64,000 nt of DNA from Oscillospiraceae bacterium (GTDB taxonomy: Bacteria; Bacillota; Clostridia; Oscillospirales; CAG-272). Positions within the stretch are counted from its first letter, which is position 1, and each line of letters opens with the position of its first letter. The translations under genes were made by a program, and so were the position numbers. The stretch covers positions 156 to 64,155 of the forward strand of contig SVTG01000008.1 in assembly GCA_015063895.1 (NCBI GenBank), given 5' to 3'. The notes below the pieces were generated by a model. It was not told the DNA's origin. It did not search any database and saw nothing but the letters and a program-made list of their open reading frames with translations. Positions 46,737 through 54,887 of the stretch are shown piece by piece.

Positions 46737-48686
46737 CTACACCCCGATTTCCTCGTAAATTTCAAGCAAGCGCTCCTCGGCCTCAGTTTTGCGTGCGTCA
46801 AGGGCAGCTGCGCGGGTATAGTCGCTGGCGGCCTCACCAAACAGCTCCTTATCGATGGCGGCAAGCTCGGCCTCCAGCGCCTCGGCCTCCTTGCGCAGGC
46901 GCTCAAGGCGCGCTTTTGCCTTGCGTTCCTCGGCGGCGCTTTGCTTGCGGGCAAGATACTCGGCCTTGCCGGCACTCATCGGGGGCGCGCTTTTGCCTGC
47001 CTCGGCGGTGCTGTTTTTTGCCGCGCGTGCGGCGCGGAAGGCCAGAAACTCGCTGTAGGCGTGCGTGGTGCTCGAGGGCTTGTAGTCAAGCAGATCGCCA
47101 TCACCCGTGTCGGGGCAGAGCGCCAGCACGCGCGTGGCAAGCTTATCCATGAAATAACGGTCGTGCGATACGGCAAGTATCGTGCCGTCAAAGGCGGCAA
47201 GGGCATTTTCCAGCGCCTCGCGCGAGTCAATGTCAAGATGGTTGGTCGGCTCGTCGAGGATCAATACATTCACGTGCGACAGTATGAGCTTTGAGAGCGT
47301 CAAACGTGCGCGCTCGCCGCCCGAAAGCACGGCAACGGTGCGAAAAACGTCCTCTCCTACAAAGCGGAAAAGCGCCAAGGTGTTGCGAATTTCGGTTTCG
47401 GTGAGGTTGGGGTAGGCATTCCAAAGCTCGTCAAGGACGGTGTTCTCGGGGGTGAGGTTCTGGTTTTCCTGGTCGTAGTAGCCGATCTCCACGTTATAGC
47501 CGTGCTCCACACGCCCGGCACTTGGTGTCATACGCCCCAGAATGATCTTTAAAAGCGTGGATTTTCCGCACCCGTTCGGGCCCGTGATAAAGGCGCGCTC
47601 GTTCTTTTGCAGCAGGAAGTCGATCCCCGTGAATAAGCGCTTGGCGCCAAACGCCATGGAAAGCCCGCGCACCGAGATCACCTCGTTGCCGCTCTCTCTT
47701 GCCTCGCGAAAGGTCATGCGAATGGCCCGGGGAGCCTCCCTTGGCTTTTCCAGCCTTTCCATTTTGGCTAAGAGCTTCAAGCGCGATTCGGCGGCGATGA
47801 TATTTCGCTCGCGGTTCCACGCGCGCTGCTGGGCAATATAGGCCTCTTGACGGGCGATCTCCTTTTGTTGATTTTTATAGTGCTTTTCTGCGATCTCGCG
47901 GTCGCGCTTACGTGCCTCGGCCGAGGCCGTGTAGCCGCCCGTGTAAAGTGCTGCGCGCGCGTACTCCAGCACCAGCGTTTTTGTGGTGACGCGGTCAAGA
48001 AAATAGCGGTCGTGTGAAATGACCAGCACGCACTTTTTGTATTGCGATAAAAAGCTTTCAAGCCACCAGAGCGTATCAATGTCAAGGTGATTGGTCGGCT
48101 CGTCCAGCAGCAGAATATCGGGCTCGCGCACCAGCTGACGGGCAAGCGCCAGGCGCGTGCGCTGACCGCCAGAAAGGGTAGAGAGCGGGCGGCGCATCGC
48201 CTCGTCGTCAAAGCCGAAGCGCAGCAGCACCGAGGCTGCCCGTGCACGGAACTGCGGGCCGCCGTTTTCCACAAAGCGGCGCTGTGCCTCGGCAAAGCGC
48301 TCGCTGAGCGCCAGATACGCGGGCGTGCCCGCCTCGCTCTCGCGGGCGTGCAGATCAAATTCAAGGGCGGCCAGGTGCTCCTCCTCAGCCAAAAGCTCGG
48401 GGAAGGCAGCGATCATTTGCGCGAGTGCGTTGTCGCCTGCGTTCTCGTCGATCTCAAAGGCATCGTCCTGCTTCAGGATCCCCAGCGTTTTGCCGTTGCC
48501 GATAAAGACGTTGCCACCGTCGGGCGTGAGCTCGCCCGTGATCACGCGAAACAGCGTTGATTTGCCGCAGCCGTTCACGCCGATCACGCCAAGCCTGTCG
48601 CCTTCCTCCAGCGAAAAGCTGACCTTATCCAGTACCGTGCGTACCCCGAAGGATACCGTAACGTCACACACACCCAGAACAGCCAT
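46737..48686 (-). CDS. ABC-F family ATPase (two ABC domains, C-terminal coiled coil)
   Basis: Two Walker A sites (GVNGCGKST, GPNGCGKST), two LSGG signatures, an inter-domain linker, and no transmembrane domain. 649 aa. Confidence 0.92.
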   Translation of the reverse strand: MAVLGVCDVTVSFGVRTVLDKVSFSLEEGDRLGVIGVNGCGKSTLFRVITGELTPDGGNVFIGNGKTLGILKQDDAFEIDENAGDNALAQMIAAFPELLAEEEHLAALEFDLHARESEAGTPAYLALSERFAEAQRRFVENGGPQFRARAASVLLRFGFDDEAMRRPLSTLSGGQRTRLALARQLVREPDILLLDEPTNHLDIDTLWWLESFLSQYKKCVLVISHDRYFLDRVTTKTLVLEYARAALYTGGYTASAEARKRDREIAEKHYKNQQKEIARQEAYIAQQRAWNRERNIIAAESRLKLLAKMERLEKPREAPRAIRMTFREARESGNEVISVRGLSMAFGAKRLFTGIDFLLQKNERAFITGPNGCGKSTLLKIILGRMTPSAGRVEHGYNVEIGYYDQENQNLTPENTVLDELWNAYPNLTETEIRNTLALFRFVGEDVFRTVAVLSGGERARLTLSKLILSHVNVLILDEPTNHLDIDSREALENALAAFDGTILAVSHDRYFMDKLATRVLALCPDTGDGDLLDYKPSSTTHAYSEFLAFRAARAAKNSTAEAGKSAPPMSAGKAEYLARKQSAAEERKAKARLERLRKEAEALEAELAAIDKELFGEAASDYTRAAALDARKTEAEERLLEIYEEIGV

Positions 48687-48721
48687 GGCCTTCTCCTTTC
48701 ACCCGTATAATATTCTAAATT

Positions 48722-48750
48722 ATTATAAAGGAATATCATTTTTTTGTCAA
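48722..48750 (-). promoter_or_regulatory. consensus sigma-A promoter of the ABC-F gene
   Basis: On the minus strand: TTGACA, 17-nt spacer, TATAAT. The leader is short and unstructured. Confidence 0.65.
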
Positions 48751-48785
48751 GAGAAACTATCAAGTAAAAAAATTCAAAAAAACTA

Positions 48786-48814
48786 TTGACAAGCGCTCGA
48801 AGATATGCTATACT
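48786..48814 (+). promoter_or_regulatory. sigma-A promoter of the ylxM-ffh operon
   Basis: TTGACA, 17-nt spacer, TATACT, with a TGC extended -10. Confidence 0.65.
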
Positions 48815-48845
48815 CTGTAAAGTATTTTGCTTTACAGGTGAAGCC

Positions 48846-49190
48846 ATGTTTGAAAAAAATCTGCAGCTGGCAGAATTGATCGACACGTATGCGATGCTCC
48901 TCAGTGACCGTCAGCAGCGCCTGCTTGATCTATATTATAATGAAGATCTGTCGCTCGGTGAGATCGCCGAGGACGTGGGCATTTCCCGTCAAGGCGTGCG
49001 CGACAGCATCAAAAAGGCCGAACGAGAGCTTGCCTTTTTTGAGGAAAAGCTGGGTCTTGTCGCACGCGCAAACGCCGTGCGCGAGGCAGGTGAGCAGCTG
49101 CTTTCGCTTTTGCCTGTGGGCAGTGAAGCGGCTATGGCCGCGCGCCGCCTGCTTGCCGTTTCAAGCGGCGAGGAGGAGGGCACCAATTAA
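48846..49190 (+). CDS. ylxM: YlxM/p13-like putative DNA-binding protein (UPF0122)
   Basis: LIDTYAMLLSDRQQRLLDLYYNEDLSLGEIAEDVGISRQGVRDSIKKAE, directly upstream of ffh. Confidence 0.88.
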   Translation: MFEKNLQLAELIDTYAMLLSDRQQRLLDLYYNEDLSLGEIAEDVGISRQGVRDSIKKAERELAFFEEKLGLVARANAVREAGEQLLSLLPVGSEAAMAARRLLAVSSGEEEGTN

Positions 49191-49219
49191 ATCGATACGT
49201 TAGGAAAGGCGGTGCTTTT

Positions 49220-50554
49220 ATGTTTCAGAGTCTGACCGAAAAACTGAATAACGCCTTTAAATTTTTTCGCAACAAGGGTAAACTGAGTGAGGCTGACGTG
49301 AAGGCCGGTATGCGCGAGATCAAGCTCGCACTGCTGGAGGCTGACGTGAACTTCAAGGTCGTTAAGGATTTTATCAAAATGGTTTCCGAGCGTGCTGTGG
49401 GCGCCGAGGTCATGGAGTCGCTGCTGCCCGCTCAACAGATCGTGAAGATCGTCAACGAGGAGCTCGTGAAGCTCATGGGCACCACGCAAGCAAAATTGAC
49501 CATTGCCCCCAAGCCTCCGACGGTCGTCATGATGGTCGGTCTGCAGGGTGCGGGTAAGACTACCCACGCGGGCAAGCTGGCGGGTATGTATAAAAAGCAG
49601 GGCAAAAAGCCCTTGCTTGTCGCTTGTGACGTTTACCGTCCCGCGGCTATTAAGCAGCTGCAGATCCTTGGCGAAAAGCTGGATATTCCCATATACGCCC
49701 CGGGCGATAAGGAAAAGCCCGTGAAAATTGCCAAGGAGGCATTGAAGCTTGCCGAAAAGCAGGGGTACGATATGGTGTTTATCGATACCGCAGGCCGTCT
49801 TCACATTGACGAGGTGCTGATGGGCGAGCTGCAGGAGATCAGAAAGGCCACCGATCCTACCGAGATCCTGCTCACCATCGACGCGATGATCGGCCAGGAC
49901 GCTGTGACGGTTGCCGAGCACTTTAACGAGCAGCTTGACGTCACGGGTGTGATCCTCACCAAGCTTGACGGTGATACCCGTGGCGGTGCCGCATTGTCGG
50001 TGCGTCACGTGACGGGCAAGCCCATCAAGTTTATCGGTGTCGGTGAAAAGCTTGACGCGATCGAGGCCTTCCACCCCGACCGTATGGCCAGCCGAATCCT
50101 CGGCATGGGCGACGTTCTGTCGCTGATTGAAAAGGCCGAGGCCGCCTTTGATCAAAAGCAGGCCGCTGAGCTTGAGAAAAAGCTGCGCGCCTCCACCTTC
50201 ACGCTTGACGATTACCTGGATCAGTTCGGTCAGCTGCGCAAAATGGGCAACATTGAGAGCCTGATCGGTATGATGCCGGGTGTCAAGCCCGGTGCCCTCA
50301 AGGACGCCAAGATCGACGAAAAGCAATTAGCACGCACCGAGGCTATTATCAAGTCGATGACGAAGCGCGAAAGGGAAAAGCCCGAGATCATCAACGCCTC
50401 GCGCAAAATGCGCATTGCAAAGGGCAGCGGTACCTCGGTTGAGGACGTCAATAAGCTTTTGAAGCAGTTCGACGCCGTACGCAAGATGATGAAGCAGTTT
50501 ACCTCCCCCGGCGGTAAGCGCGGCTTACTTGGCAAGATGAAACTTCCGTTTTGA
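49220..50554 (+). CDS. ffh: signal recognition particle protein Ffh
   Basis: GLQGAGKTT, DTAGR, TKLDGD, and a Met-rich M domain. 444 aa. Confidence 0.97.
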   Translation: MFQSLTEKLNNAFKFFRNKGKLSEADVKAGMREIKLALLEADVNFKVVKDFIKMVSERAVGAEVMESLLPAQQIVKIVNEELVKLMGTTQAKLTIAPKPPTVVMMVGLQGAGKTTHAGKLAGMYKKQGKKPLLVACDVYRPAAIKQLQILGEKLDIPIYAPGDKEKPVKIAKEALKLAEKQGYDMVFIDTAGRLHIDEVLMGELQEIRKATDPTEILLTIDAMIGQDAVTVAEHFNEQLDVTGVILTKLDGDTRGGAALSVRHVTGKPIKFIGVGEKLDAIEAFHPDRMASRILGMGDVLSLIEKAEAAFDQKQAAELEKKLRASTFTLDDYLDQFGQLRKMGNIESLIGMMPGVKPGALKDAKIDEKQLARTEAIIKSMTKREREKPEIINASRKMRIAKGSGTSVEDVNKLLKQFDAVRKMMKQFTSPGGKRGLLGKMKLPF

Positions 50555-50610
50555 CGGATTTTTTATAAAAATTTATATACAAAAACAAAAAACAAAGGAG
50601 ATTTTTTACC

Positions 50611-50847
50611 ATGGTTAAAATCAGACTCACTCGCACGGGCAAAACGCACAGCCCCTCTTACCGTATCGTAGTTGCTGACCAGCGCTCTCCCCGCGACGGC
50701 CGCTTTATTGAGGAGATCGGTCACTACAACCCCAAATCCAAGGAGCTTGCTGTAAACGCAGAGTCCGCTAAGAAGTGGCTTGGCAACGGCGCACAGCCCA
50801 CGGAGACCGTTAAGGTTCTGCTTACCAAGGCCGGCGTAATCGGTTAA
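50611..50847 (+). CDS. rpsP: 30S ribosomal protein S16
   Basis: [23 protein letters not shown], 78 aa. Confidence 0.96.
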   Translation: MVKIRLTRTGKTHSPSYRIVVADQRSPRDGRFIEEIGHYNPKSKELAVNAESAKKWLGNGAQPTETVKVLLTKAGVIG

Positions 50848-50863
50848 TTACGCGGTGGCCGAT

Positions 50864-51103
50864 ATGTTGAGCCTCAAAGAAATCCTGACCGATATTGCCG
50901 CTGCCATCGTGGATCATCCCGACGACGTAGTGGTGCTTGAGCAGGAAGAGAACAATGAAGTGACGCTGACCTTAAGCGTACATGCCGACGATATGGGCAT
51001 GGTCATCGGCCGTCACGGTCGCATTGCTAAGGCGATCCGCTCCGTCATGAAGGCGGCAGCAGGCAACTGCGGCAAAAAAGTGAACGTCGATATCAAGGAC
51101 TAA
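50864..51103 (+). CDS. KH-domain RNA-binding protein (YlqC/UPF0109)
   Basis: LVDHPDDV-type start and GMVIGRHGRIAKAIRSV (GxxG KH loop). The start could instead be GTG 50855. Confidence 0.85.
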   Translation: MLSLKEILTDIAAAIVDHPDDVVVLEQEENNEVTLTLSVHADDMGMVIGRHGRIAKAIRSVMKAAAGNCGKKVNVDIKD

Positions 51104-51106
51104 AGC

Positions 51107-51146
51107 AAACGAACAGGCGCGCCGTGCGGCGCGCCTGTTCGTTTAT
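51107..51146. repeat. 40-bp perfect direct repeat, copy 1 (also the terminator hairpin of the rpsP-KH operon)
   Basis: AAACGAACAGGCGCGCC-GTGC-GGCGCGCCTGTTCGTTTAT. Identical to 51633-51672. Confidence 0.95.
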
Positions 51147-51313
51147 GGTTTTTCTCGCTCTTTTAATTCGTATTGTGGGTTGCGTATTAAAATACCTTCG
51201 GCGGTCAGGATAAGCTCCACCGTGCCTTTAAAATGAAATAGCTCGCGCATTTCCTTTGGAATCAGTACGCGCCCAAGAGAATCAAGCCTTTTATAGATGC
51301 CGATTTTATCCAT
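51143..51313 (-). CDS. AbrB/SpoVT-domain DNA-binding protein (56 aa)
   Basis: Read by hand: MDKIGIYKRLDSLGRVLIPKEMRELFHFKGTVELILTAEGILIRNPQYELKEREKP. LGRVLIPKEMR is the AbrB swapped-hairpin signature. RBS GAGGAA. The stop codon lies inside repeat copy 1. Confidence 0.8.
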   Translation of the reverse strand: MDKIGIYKRLDSLGRVLIPKEMRELFHFKGTVELILTAEGILIRNPQYELKEREKP

Positions 51314-51346
51314 AATTTCCTCTCAAAATAAAATTTTACACCAATA

Positions 51347-51421
51347 TGATAACACTTTGTTTGTATAAAGTCAAGAGAAAAGTTTGTATAATGTTATCAA
51401 TATGTTTTTGAGGTGTTATCA
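51347..51421. promoter_or_regulatory. three TGATAACA(C/T) boxes in the divergent promoter region
   Basis: TGATAACAC at 51347-51355 (+), TGATAACAT at 51391-51399 (-), TGATAACAC at 51413-51421 (-). The boxes overlap the putative -10 elements and the RHH start codon. Confidence 0.5.
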
Positions 51422-51612
51422 TGGCTACAAATAAAATTCAAACAGGGATCCGATTTGAGCCCGAGCTGCTTTATAAAATCACGCAGGTGGCAAAACAAAA
51501 TAAGCGCTCTCTGAACGCACAGCTTGAATATCTTGCTCAGGAATGCGTGAAGAAATTTGAAGATGCCAACGGTGAGATCGTGGTAGATGAAAATGTGCTT
51601 TACAGCAAATAA
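51421..51612 (+). CDS. ribbon-helix-helix (Arc/CopG-like) DNA-binding protein
   Basis: 63 aa. TGIRFEPELLYKITQVAKQNKRSLNAQLEYLAQECV fits the beta-strand/helix/helix RHH pattern. Confidence 0.6.
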   Translation: MATNKIQTGIRFEPELLYKITQVAKQNKRSLNAQLEYLAQECVKKFEDANGEIVVDENVLYSK

Positions 51613-51632
51613 CAAAAAGCTTTAGGCTATCA

Positions 51633-51672
51633 AAACGAACAGGCGCGCCGTGCGGCGCGCCTGTTCGTTTAT
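51633..51672. repeat. 40-bp perfect direct repeat, copy 2
   Basis: Identical to 51107-51146, offset by 526 bp. Confidence 0.95.
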
Positions 51673-51740
51673 TTCTGAAAGCGGTGCGTGAGGTGCATCG
51701 CTTGGCTTTTTGGTGCGTTTTACCCCCATACGGGGCAATT

Positions 51741-52562
51741 TTACAAGAGATCGGCAATAGTATCCTCTACCATATGGCCCCCGTGCAGACGCGAGACCTT
51801 CGTAAATCCTGCGCGCTGTAAAAGTGTCAGCGCTTCGCCAAAGCCAAAGGCCAGCTTTTCGGCGTGATGCGCATCGGAGGAAAGGATCACGCGCCCACCG
51901 CACGCACAAAGCGTTTCAAGCAGCGGCACGGCGGGGTAGGGCAGCGTTTTCAAGCCTCTGATGATGGCACCCATGTTGACCTCAAAGAGCGGCACATGCT
52001 TGACGGTCTCCTTGATGGCCTCACGCGCCACCGCGAGGTATGCCTCGTTTTCCTCGTCGATCAGCCCGTGCTTGGTCAGCAGGTCAAAATGCCCCATAAA
52101 GGTGGGCTTATTTTTTTCGGCGTGGGCAACCACCTGCTCAAAATAAGCCTTGGCAAAATCCAGCTTGTTGCCGCCAAAGATGCTGTCAATGCCGCGCTGC
52201 TGCCAGTCGCGTCCGCTGTCAACGGGGAACCACTGATCGCCCCTGAGGATATAATGCACCGACCCGATGGTGTAGTCGTAAAGTGCGGTGTCGATCTCGG
52301 AGCCCCAGTCCCATTCTATGCCCAAAAGCAACGCAAAGCCGTATTGCTCGCGGGCGAGCTTTTGCTCCTCGCGCACGGTTTTTTCGTAATCCTCCATGTG
52401 CGTTTGGGGGCGCAGGCAGTAGCGCACGTCAAAGGGCGTCAGGCTATGGTCGGAAATACCAAGCGATAAAAGCCCTGCCGCACGGGCAGCCTCGGTCATT
52501 TCGTGTACGGTGCTTTTTCCGTCCGAAAACAGTGTGTGTGTATGAAAATCAGCAAACGCCAT
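51741..52562 (-). CDS. PHP-family histidinol-phosphatase-like protein (HisJ family)
   Basis: Start at ATG 52562 behind GGGAGG. FADFHTHTLFSDGK, GISDHS, and SSDAHH. Confidence 0.75.
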   Translation of the reverse strand: MAFADFHTHTLFSDGKSTVHEMTEAARAAGLLSLGISDHSLTPFDVRYCLRPQTHMEDYEKTVREEQKLAREQYGFALLLGIEWDWGSEIDTALYDYTIGSVHYILRGDQWFPVDSGRDWQQRGIDSIFGGNKLDFAKAYFEQVVAHAEKNKPTFMGHFDLLTKHGLIDEENEAYLAVAREAIKETVKHVPLFEVNMGAIIRGLKTLPYPAVPLLETLCACGGRVILSSDAHHAEKLAFGFGEALTLLQRAGFTKVSRLHGGHMVEDTIADLL

Positions 52563-52653
52563 GGTAAGCCTCCCTTGTGTGATTGCTAACAGTATAGCAT
52601 AAACTTGACCTAAAAACAAGCCAAAACGGGGTGAAAATTATTATTTTTTCATA

Positions 52654-52682
52654 TTGACAAAGCTGCCTCAAAGGTCTACAAT
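52654..52682 (+). promoter_or_regulatory. sigma-A promoter
   Basis: TTGACA, 17-nt spacer, TACAAT. Confidence 0.65.
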
Positions 52683-52726
52683 AATAAGTAATGATATCTT
52701 TTGATATCCGAAAGAGGGAGATTTGT

Positions 52727-53542
52727 ATGCAATATCTGCAAAACATTCACACACATACGTCTTTTTGTGACGGCAAGGACGCCCCCGAGGATATGGTGAA
52801 GGAGGCCATTCGTCTGGGTCTTACCACCTTAGGCTTTTCGGCACACTCAGCTTCTTATTACAGCAATTATCCTCTGCCGCGAAACGGCACCTTGGATTAT
52901 GTGAAGGAGATCAACCGTTTAAAGGAGGTCTATCGCGATCAGCTGGAGATCCTGCTCGGCTTTGAATACGATATGTACTGCGGCATTGATACCTCGCCCT
53001 TTGACTATGTGATCGGCGCGATGCATTACCTGTATATGAACGGCACCTTTATTCCGTTTGACCGCGACGTGGCCAATCTTGAAACGCAGATCAACGAGCA
53101 TTTTGGCGGTGACGGCATGGCGTTTGCCAAGCGTTATTATTATGAGCTTGCCGATATGCCCAAGTACGTCAAGGCCGACGTGGTGGCACATTTTGATACC
53201 ATTACTAAGCTTTGTGAGAAAAAACGCTTTTTTGACTATGAGTGCCAAGAGTACCTGGATGCCGCCAAGGAGGCGATCTACGCCTTGGTAGATAAGGTGC
53301 CCGTATTTGAGGTCAACACGGGTGCTATGTCGCGCGGCTATCGTACGGTGCAGTATCCCACCGCCCCCGTGCTTCGTGAAATGTGCCGCGCGGGCGCACA
53401 TTTGGTACTGACCTCGGACTGTCACGACCTGCGCAACCTCACCTACGCCTTCCCCGAAACGCTGGAGCTGATCCGCTCCTGCGGCTTTGGTGAGATCTAT
53501 TATTTGACGGGGAAGGGCTTCAAGTCCGTGCCGCTTTACTAA
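52727..53542 (+). CDS. PHP-family histidinol-phosphatase-like protein (HisJ family), divergent paralog
   Basis: Start at ATG 52727 behind AGAGGGAG. NIHTHTSFCDGK, GFSAHS, and TSDCHD. Confidence 0.75.
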   Translation: MQYLQNIHTHTSFCDGKDAPEDMVKEAIRLGLTTLGFSAHSASYYSNYPLPRNGTLDYVKEINRLKEVYRDQLEILLGFEYDMYCGIDTSPFDYVIGAMHYLYMNGTFIPFDRDVANLETQINEHFGGDGMAFAKRYYYELADMPKYVKADVVAHFDTITKLCEKKRFFDYECQEYLDAAKEAIYALVDKVPVFEVNTGAMSRGYRTVQYPTAPVLREMCRAGAHLVLTSDCHDLRNLTYAFPETLELIRSCGFGEIYYLTGKGFKSVPLY

Positions 53543-53575
53543 GACGCAGCCAAAGGCTGTTAAAAGGAGAACAAA

Positions 53576-54832
53576 ATGAAGACAAAGCACAGAAAAGGGG
53601 TAAACGGTATTACGTTTTTGCTCACGCTCGTTTACTTTACGAGCTATTTGTTGCGTAAAAATCTCGGCGTGATGCTGGTCAAGGTCTGCGTGGATACAGG
53701 GTGGGCTGAATCCGCTCTTGCTATTGTGATGACGGGCCTGACGGTCTTTTACGGCGGCGGTCAGCTGATCAGCGGCTGGCTTGGCGACAAGATCGATCCA
53801 AGGCGCCTGATCGTGTGCGGCCTTACCGTGGCATCGGCTGCCAATATTGGCGTGTATTTTACAACCAGTATTCCCGTTTTGACGGTGCTGTGGTGTATCA
53901 ACGGCTTTGCCCATTCGATGATCTGGGCACCGACCGTAAAGCTGATGACTCTGTATCTTGACGATAAGGAATACGGCTACTGCATGATGCGTATTATGTG
54001 GGGCTCCTCCTTCTCTACGGTCTTTTTGCGCTTGTTCTGCCCCTTGATGCTGCTGCTGATCAACTGGCGCGGCATTATGCTGATCCTCGCTGCCTTCGGT
54101 GTCGGCGTGGTCGCTACCTTTATTCTGATGGGCAGGCAGCTGTTCGGTGTGCCGCTTAATACCGTTTCTGCCGCAAAAGCAGAAGCACAGGCGGAACAGG
54201 CTGCCCCTGCCGTGGTGCCGCTGCCGCGCTTTGCTTGGCCGATGCTGCTCTTGGTGCTGCTTGGCATCGTGATGCACGGTGCACTCCGTGACGGCGTTGA
54301 TATGTGGATGCCCTCGTTTTTGTGCCAGACCTTCGGCATGCCCGAGGAAAATGCGATCTTCTCCACGGTGATCTTGTCTGTTTTCGGCTTGTTCAGCTTC
54401 ACACTCTTCGACTGGCTTTACCGTAAGTTCTTCCGTGATGAAATGATCTGCTCTACCGCCGCCTTTGCCGTTGCGACCGTTGCCGCGATCGTGCTTTACG
54501 TGATGACGCGCACGGGTGGGCCCGCGATCGTTTCCATGATCCTGATGGCCGTGATCATTGCCTGTGTGATGGGCGTGAACCTGATGCTTGTCGCGATGCT
54601 TCCCAAGCGGTTTCTCAAAAGCGGTAAGGTGGCTGCCTTCACAGGGCTCCTGGATGCGGCCGCGTATTTGGGCTCGGGGCTTGCCACGTACGGCTTTGCC
54701 GCCCTGTTTGAGGGCTTTGGCTGGAACGTGACGATCTTTGTGTGGTTCCTGGTTGCTGCTGCGGGTCTTGCCTTCTGCGGCATCGGCGTGCCGCTGTGGC
54801 GCCGCTTCCGTCGCACGTATTCCGACGTTTGA
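53576..54832 (+). CDS. MFS transporter
   Basis: 418 aa with about 12 predicted transmembrane segments and the loop motif GWLGDKIDPRR. Confidence 0.85.
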   Translation: MKTKHRKGVNGITFLLTLVYFTSYLLRKNLGVMLVKVCVDTGWAESALAIVMTGLTVFYGGGQLISGWLGDKIDPRRLIVCGLTVASAANIGVYFTTSIPVLTVLWCINGFAHSMIWAPTVKLMTLYLDDKEYGYCMMRIMWGSSFSTVFLRLFCPLMLLLINWRGIMLILAAFGVGVVATFILMGRQLFGVPLNTVSAAKAEAQAEQAAPAVVPLPRFAWPMLLLVLLGIVMHGALRDGVDMWMPSFLCQTFGMPEENAIFSTVILSVFGLFSFTLFDWLYRKFFRDEMICSTAAFAVATVAAIVLYVMTRTGGPAIVSMILMAVIIACVMGVNLMLVAMLPKRFLKSGKVAAFTGLLDAAAYLGSGLATYGFAALFEGFGWNVTIFVWFLVAAAGLAFCGIGVPLWRRFRRTYSDV

Positions 54833-54842
54833 TATGACAGTG

Positions 54843-54880
54843 AAAAAAGCCGTCCTGCTGACAGCAGGGCGGCTTTTTTC
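54843..54880. terminator. bidirectional terminator
   Basis: GCCGTCCTGC/GCAGGGCGGC flanked by A6 and T6 runs. Confidence 0.8.
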
Positions 54881-54887
54881 GTTTGAT

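Larger units (their letters stand above)
45809..46879. repeat. tandem segmental duplication, unit 2 (1071 bp)
   Basis: Runs from junction CCTCG (45809-45813) to the matching CCTCG inside ABC-F (46880-46884). Confidence 0.85.

Noticed and set aside
32516-54277. Other long shadow ORFs, including 32516-33712, 34639-36225 (528 aa), 38471-39625, 40182-40955, 41785-42939, 43026-43589, 49187-50326, 51864-52469 and 52919-54277.
   Set aside because: Each lies antisense to, or out of frame with, a gene that has clear family motifs. None has an RBS or recognisable domains.
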